From: an uncultured Clostridia bacterium
GTDB lineage: Bacteria; Bacillota; Clostridia; Christensenellales; Borkfalkiaceae
Reading direction: 5' to 3'
Length of the DNA stretch: 64,000 nt
NCBI GenBank assembly: GCA_964594955.1
Contig: CAZQNK010000002.1
Coordinates: 13,037 to 77,036, forward strand
In this document: positions 61,183 to 64,000 of the stretch, piece after piece
Layout of the letters: each line of letters opens with the position of its first letter
Numbering within the stretch: the stretch's first letter is position 1
Notes under the pieces: generated by a model
Seen by the model: only the letters and a program-made list of their open reading frames with translations
Told to the model about the DNA's origin: nothing
The model's database searches: none
Made by a program: the position numbers and the translations under genes

Positions 61183-61347
61183 TTATCAACATTTTTCCAC
61201 AATTAAACAACTTATTGCCCTTTGAAGTCGGCATTTTAACCGTGAAATTACGCAAAATACGGTTATACGGTAATCAGTTCGTTTTTTAAGACGCAGTTTT
61301 TCTTTTTCGCCGTTAAAAATTTATTAAACAGCGGATTTTTATCCACA
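61183..61347. other. second DnaA-box cluster, including one perfect TTATCCACA
   Basis: TTATCAACA 61183-61191 and TTTTCCACA 61193-61201 are adjacent, 1 mismatch each. TTATCCACA 61339-61347 is perfect. Further GTGAAA/TTTCAC half-matches lie at 61241, 61372, 61406 and 61527. All sit in a 587-bp AT-rich gap. Confidence 0.55.
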
Positions 61348-61580
61348 TTTCCAAAATTTACCGCGTTATGTGTTTCACATGAAACAATTTTTTAGCCGAA
61401 AAATTTGGTTGAAAGTTTCACGTTAAACATTTTTTTGATAAAAAATCATGCAGGCGCAAGGTGAATTTTTTCTAAAAATTCAATATTTTCGGTTAAAATT
61501 TTGCCTATGTAACCGTGTTGAATAACGGTGAAAATATCATAAAATTTTAGTGATAATGGTAAATTTTAAGCGCGAAACGC

Positions 61581-61609
61581 TTGAAATACTTTATTATATA
61601 TGTTAAAAT
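61581..61609 (+). promoter_or_regulatory. sigma-A promoter candidate for ftsH (extended -10)
   Basis: TTGAAA (61581-61586), 17-nt spacer, TGtTAAAAT (61601-61609). AAGGAG SD at 61641. Confidence 0.45.
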
Positions 61610-61653
61610 AATTATCAGTCGATCAATATAATACGATTTTAAGGAGTTGTGTT

Positions 61654-63642
61654 TTGAATAAAAAAGGCAAATTAATAATGTGGCTTATTATAGCTGTGCT
61701 TATCGTCGCCGTGGTTGTAATTCTTGTTACAAACACACTGAGAGGGGGCGCAACTGAAATAAGTAAAACAGAATTCATACAGTACGTTGAGAATGCGCAA
61801 TATTATGATTCTGAGACGAAAACAGTTAAAGACGAAGCCGAACTTCCCGAAGGATATTCCGTTAAAGACGGTAAAGCGGTGGACGCAGAGGATAAAGAGC
61901 TTGTAATAATATGGAAAATAGCGGTAGATTCTTATAAATACAGCGGCTATAACGCCGACGGAAAGATAGTTTATTACGCCTACGGACCCTCTTTGTATAG
62001 CGCCGATAGTCTTGATTCTGCGACGATTAAGAGTTGGGAAAGTTATGGAGTTATAATAGTTCTGTCCAATCCCAATTCGGGAAGTTATTGGTCAACGATA
62101 TTTACAATTGTCTCCCTTGTTCTTATTTGCGTCGTGTTCTTCCTCTTGATACGCTCTACCATGGGCGGCAACAAGGTTATGAGCTTTGCCAAAACGAAGG
62201 CGAGAGTTTCAACTAACATTAAAGTGCGCTTTTCCGACGTGGCGGGCGCAGAGGAAGAAAAGGTTGAACTTGCCGAGATTGTAGAGTTCTTGCGCCAACC
62301 TAAAAAGTTCTCGGATTTAGGGGCGCGCATACCGAGGGGCGTGCTGCTTGTCGGCCCTCCCGGAACAGGTAAAACGTTGTTTGCCAAAGCGGTTGCAGGT
62401 GAAGCCGGCGTTCCTTTCTTCTCCGTTTCAGGTTCTGATTTCGTTGAAATGTATGTCGGCGTCGGTGCTTCGCGTGTGCGCGACCTATTTGATATGGCAA
62501 AGAAAAATCAGCCCTGCATCATCTTTATCGATGAAATCGACGCAGTCGGTCGTCACCGCGGCGCAGGTCTTGGCGGCGGAAACGATGAAAGGGAACAGAC
62601 TTTAAACCAGATTCTTGTCCAGATGGACGGTTTTGAATCGAATGAAGGCGTAATAGTTATGGCGGCGACCAACCGTGCGGATATTCTTGACCCCGCTCTT
62701 ATGAGACCCGGCAGATTTGACAGACAGGTTTACGTCAATCTTCCCGACGTAAAGGGCAGGGAGCAGATATTAAAGGTGCACGCGCGCAATAAACCTTTGG
62801 CACCGGAAGTTAATTTCAAGGCGGTTGCCCGTCTTACCGCAGGTTTTTCGGGCGCGGATCTTGCTAACCTTTTAAATGAAGCGGCGATTCTGGCGGCGAG
62901 GGCGAATAAGAAGTTTATAACCAATGCAGAGCTTTATGAAGCGTTTGATAAGGTTTCCATAGGCCCCGCAAAGAAGAGCAAGGTGGTTACCGAACCCGAA
63001 AAGAGAATTACCGCCTTCCATGAGTCGGGACATTGTATTCTTGCAAGGCTTTGCCCCAACTGCGATCCCGTTCATGAAGTGACAATTATTCCCCGCGGCC
63101 CCGCGGGCGGTTACACAATGACCCGCCCCGAATCAGACCGCATGTACTATTCCAAAAATTATATGCTTGACGACATTTGCATGACGCTTGGCGGCAGAGT
63201 TGCGGAAGAAATAGTTATTCAGGATATTTCTTCGGGAGCGTCAAACGATATCAAGCAGGCTACAAAGTTTGCCCGTGCAATGGTGACGGAATTCGGCATG
63301 AGCAGTAAGCTTGGACTTATAAGTTACAGCGACGATTCGCAGCCCGTGTTCCTTGGGAAGGATATGGCTACGCAGAACCATTATTCCGAAGAAACTGCTA
63401 AAATGATCGACGACGAAGTCCGTGAGATAATGTCTGAACAGCATGAACGCGCAAGGAAGTTGTTGGCGGAAAACCGTTCTATTCTCGACAACATGGCACG
63501 CGTACTGATCGAAAGGGAAACCATTTATATGGAAGAGGTTGACCTTCTCATGGAAGGAAAATCTTATGCCGAAGTAATTAAATTTATGGATGAACAGGAT
63601 CAGAAAAGTGCGGAAAATCACTTCAAGAGGTTTGAAGGCTGA
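61654..63642 (+). CDS. ftsH: ATP-dependent zinc metalloprotease FtsH
   Basis: 662 aa. TTG start 7 nt after AAGGAG (alternative ATG at 61678). Two TM helices, [16 protein letters not shown], an SRH region, and the HESGH zinc site. Confidence 0.95.
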   Translation: MNKKGKLIMWLIIAVLIVAVVVILVTNTLRGGATEISKTEFIQYVENAQYYDSETKTVKDEAELPEGYSVKDGKAVDAEDKELVIIWKIAVDSYKYSGYNADGKIVYYAYGPSLYSADSLDSATIKSWESYGVIIVLSNPNSGSYWSTIFTIVSLVLICVVFFLLIRSTMGGNKVMSFAKTKARVSTNIKVRFSDVAGAEEEKVELAEIVEFLRQPKKFSDLGARIPRGVLLVGPPGTGKTLFAKAVAGEAGVPFFSVSGSDFVEMYVGVGASRVRDLFDMAKKNQPCIIFIDEIDAVGRHRGAGLGGGNDEREQTLNQILVQMDGFESNEGVIVMAATNRADILDPALMRPGRFDRQVYVNLPDVKGREQILKVHARNKPLAPEVNFKAVARLTAGFSGADLANLLNEAAILAARANKKFITNAELYEAFDKVSIGPAKKSKVVTEPEKRITAFHESGHCILARLCPNCDPVHEVTIIPRGPAGGYTMTRPESDRMYYSKNYMLDDICMTLGGRVAEEIVIQDISSGASNDIKQATKFARAMVTEFGMSSKLGLISYSDDSQPVFLGKDMATQNHYSEETAKMIDDEVREIMSEQHERARKLLAENRSILDNMARVLIERETIYMEEVDLLMEGKSYAEVIKFMDEQDQKSAENHFKRFEG

Positions 63643-63676
63643 CGGGAATGTTTCCCGTGAAACCTAAAAGAGAATT

Positions 63677-64000
63677 ATGGGGAAAATTATATCTTTTACG
63701 AACAAAAAAGGCGGCGTGGGCAAAACGACGACAGCCGTTAACATGGCTGCATACTGTGCGGATTTCGGTAAAAAAGTGTTGCTTGTCGACATAGATTCGC
63801 AGGGCAACGCAACGACGGGTTTGGGATTTTCTAAAAGCGCCCTCAAAAAATCAATCTATAACGTTCTGATTGAGGACGAAAAGGTGGAAGCAAACATCCT
63901 TCCCACGCAGGTCAAGCTTTTGGATATTCTTCCCGCAAACGTTGATTTGACCAGCGCCGAAGTCGATCTGGTTTATAAGCGCAACAGAGAGCGCGTCCTT
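63677..64000 (+). CDS. soj: ParA/Soj chromosome-partitioning ATPase, 5' part (runs off the right edge)
   Basis: Own translation: MGKIISFTNKKGGVGKTTTAVNMAAYCADFGKKVLLVDIDSQGNATTGLGF... This is the deviant Walker A KGGVGKT. Confidence 0.9.
   Translation, partial: MGKIISFTNKKGGVGKTTTAVNMAAYCADFGKKVLLVDIDSQGNATTGLGFSKSALKKSIYNVLIEDEKVEANILPTQVKLLDILPANVDLTSAEVDLVYKRNRERVL

Noticed and set aside
58063-61653. Hidden or decayed dnaA gene near the DnaA-box clusters
   Set aside because: No ORF in any frame of the gaps 58063-58420, 60018-60481 or 61067-61653 shows the AAA+ Walker motifs or the C-terminal DNA-binding helix of DnaA. The intervening genes are confidently rsmG, a SLOG protein, a hypothetical protein and yyaC.
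1-64000. Mobile elements, prophage, defence systems, tRNA/rRNA genes
   Set aside because: I looked for transposase, integrase, recombinase, reverse-transcriptase, restriction and toxin-like ORFs and for tRNA T-arm signatures (GGTTCGAATCC-like), and found none. The only mobile-looking sequences are the short REP/MITE-like repeats.

Overview
64-kb chromosomal window from a Bacillota (Clostridia-like) genome. I call 50 protein genes and found no rRNA, tRNA, CRISPR array, IS element, integrase or phage genes. All calls come from reading the ORF track and the sequence by eye. Family names are from memory, and hairpin or repeat coordinates may be off by about 2 nt.

Layout:
(1) 0-36 kb is a cell-envelope and accessory region. 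It holds a MoxR-DUF58 pair, two extracytoplasmic TlpA-like thiol-disulfide oxidoreductases, and a tightly coupled three-gene operon (CXXC-tail membrane protein, polyferredoxin membrane protein, TlpA-like protein). It also holds an L-cysteine desulfidase-family gene, an orphan type IV pilin-like gene, and an Opp-type ABC importer with oversized components. Three large surface proteins precede the importer on the same strand: a 1451-aa GLUG-repeat lipoprotein, a 2666-aa S8 protease-PA-Big_2-BspA-LRR protein, and a 508-aa lipoprotein.
(2) 36-64 kb is an origin-proximal housekeeping block with Bacillus-like synteny. It contains an M42 peptidase, rsmI, a yabB-like methyltransferase, a 56-aa ferredoxin missing from the ORF track, yaaT/ricT, holB, tmk, a yaaO-like decarboxylase, lysS, greA, an aminotransferase with an AsnC regulator, GTP-PEPCK and queT. 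These are followed by jag-yidC-yidD-rnpA-rpmH-dnaN, then rsmG, a SLOG/DUF1273 gene, yyaC, ftsH and soj/parA.

Main observations:
(a) One cassette of about 150 nt (SD, ATG and about 50 codons for a transmembrane anchor) heads three unrelated genes at 87-93% nucleotide identity.
(b) The candidate trans-membrane redox relay, plus a 1041-aa redoxin lipoprotein.
(c) The coding strand flips from minus (38 of 44 genes) to plus between 58.1 and 61.6 kb. Two AT-rich gaps there carry DnaA-box clusters, yet the window has no dnaA, and dnaN sits head-to-tail upstream of rpmH.
(d) A preQ1-I-like pseudoknot plus a leader terminator upstream of queT.
(e) A family of REP/MITE-like inverted-pair repeats, and several tandem or direct repeats in intergenic DNA.
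(f) Long charged low-complexity tails on Jag and YaaT.
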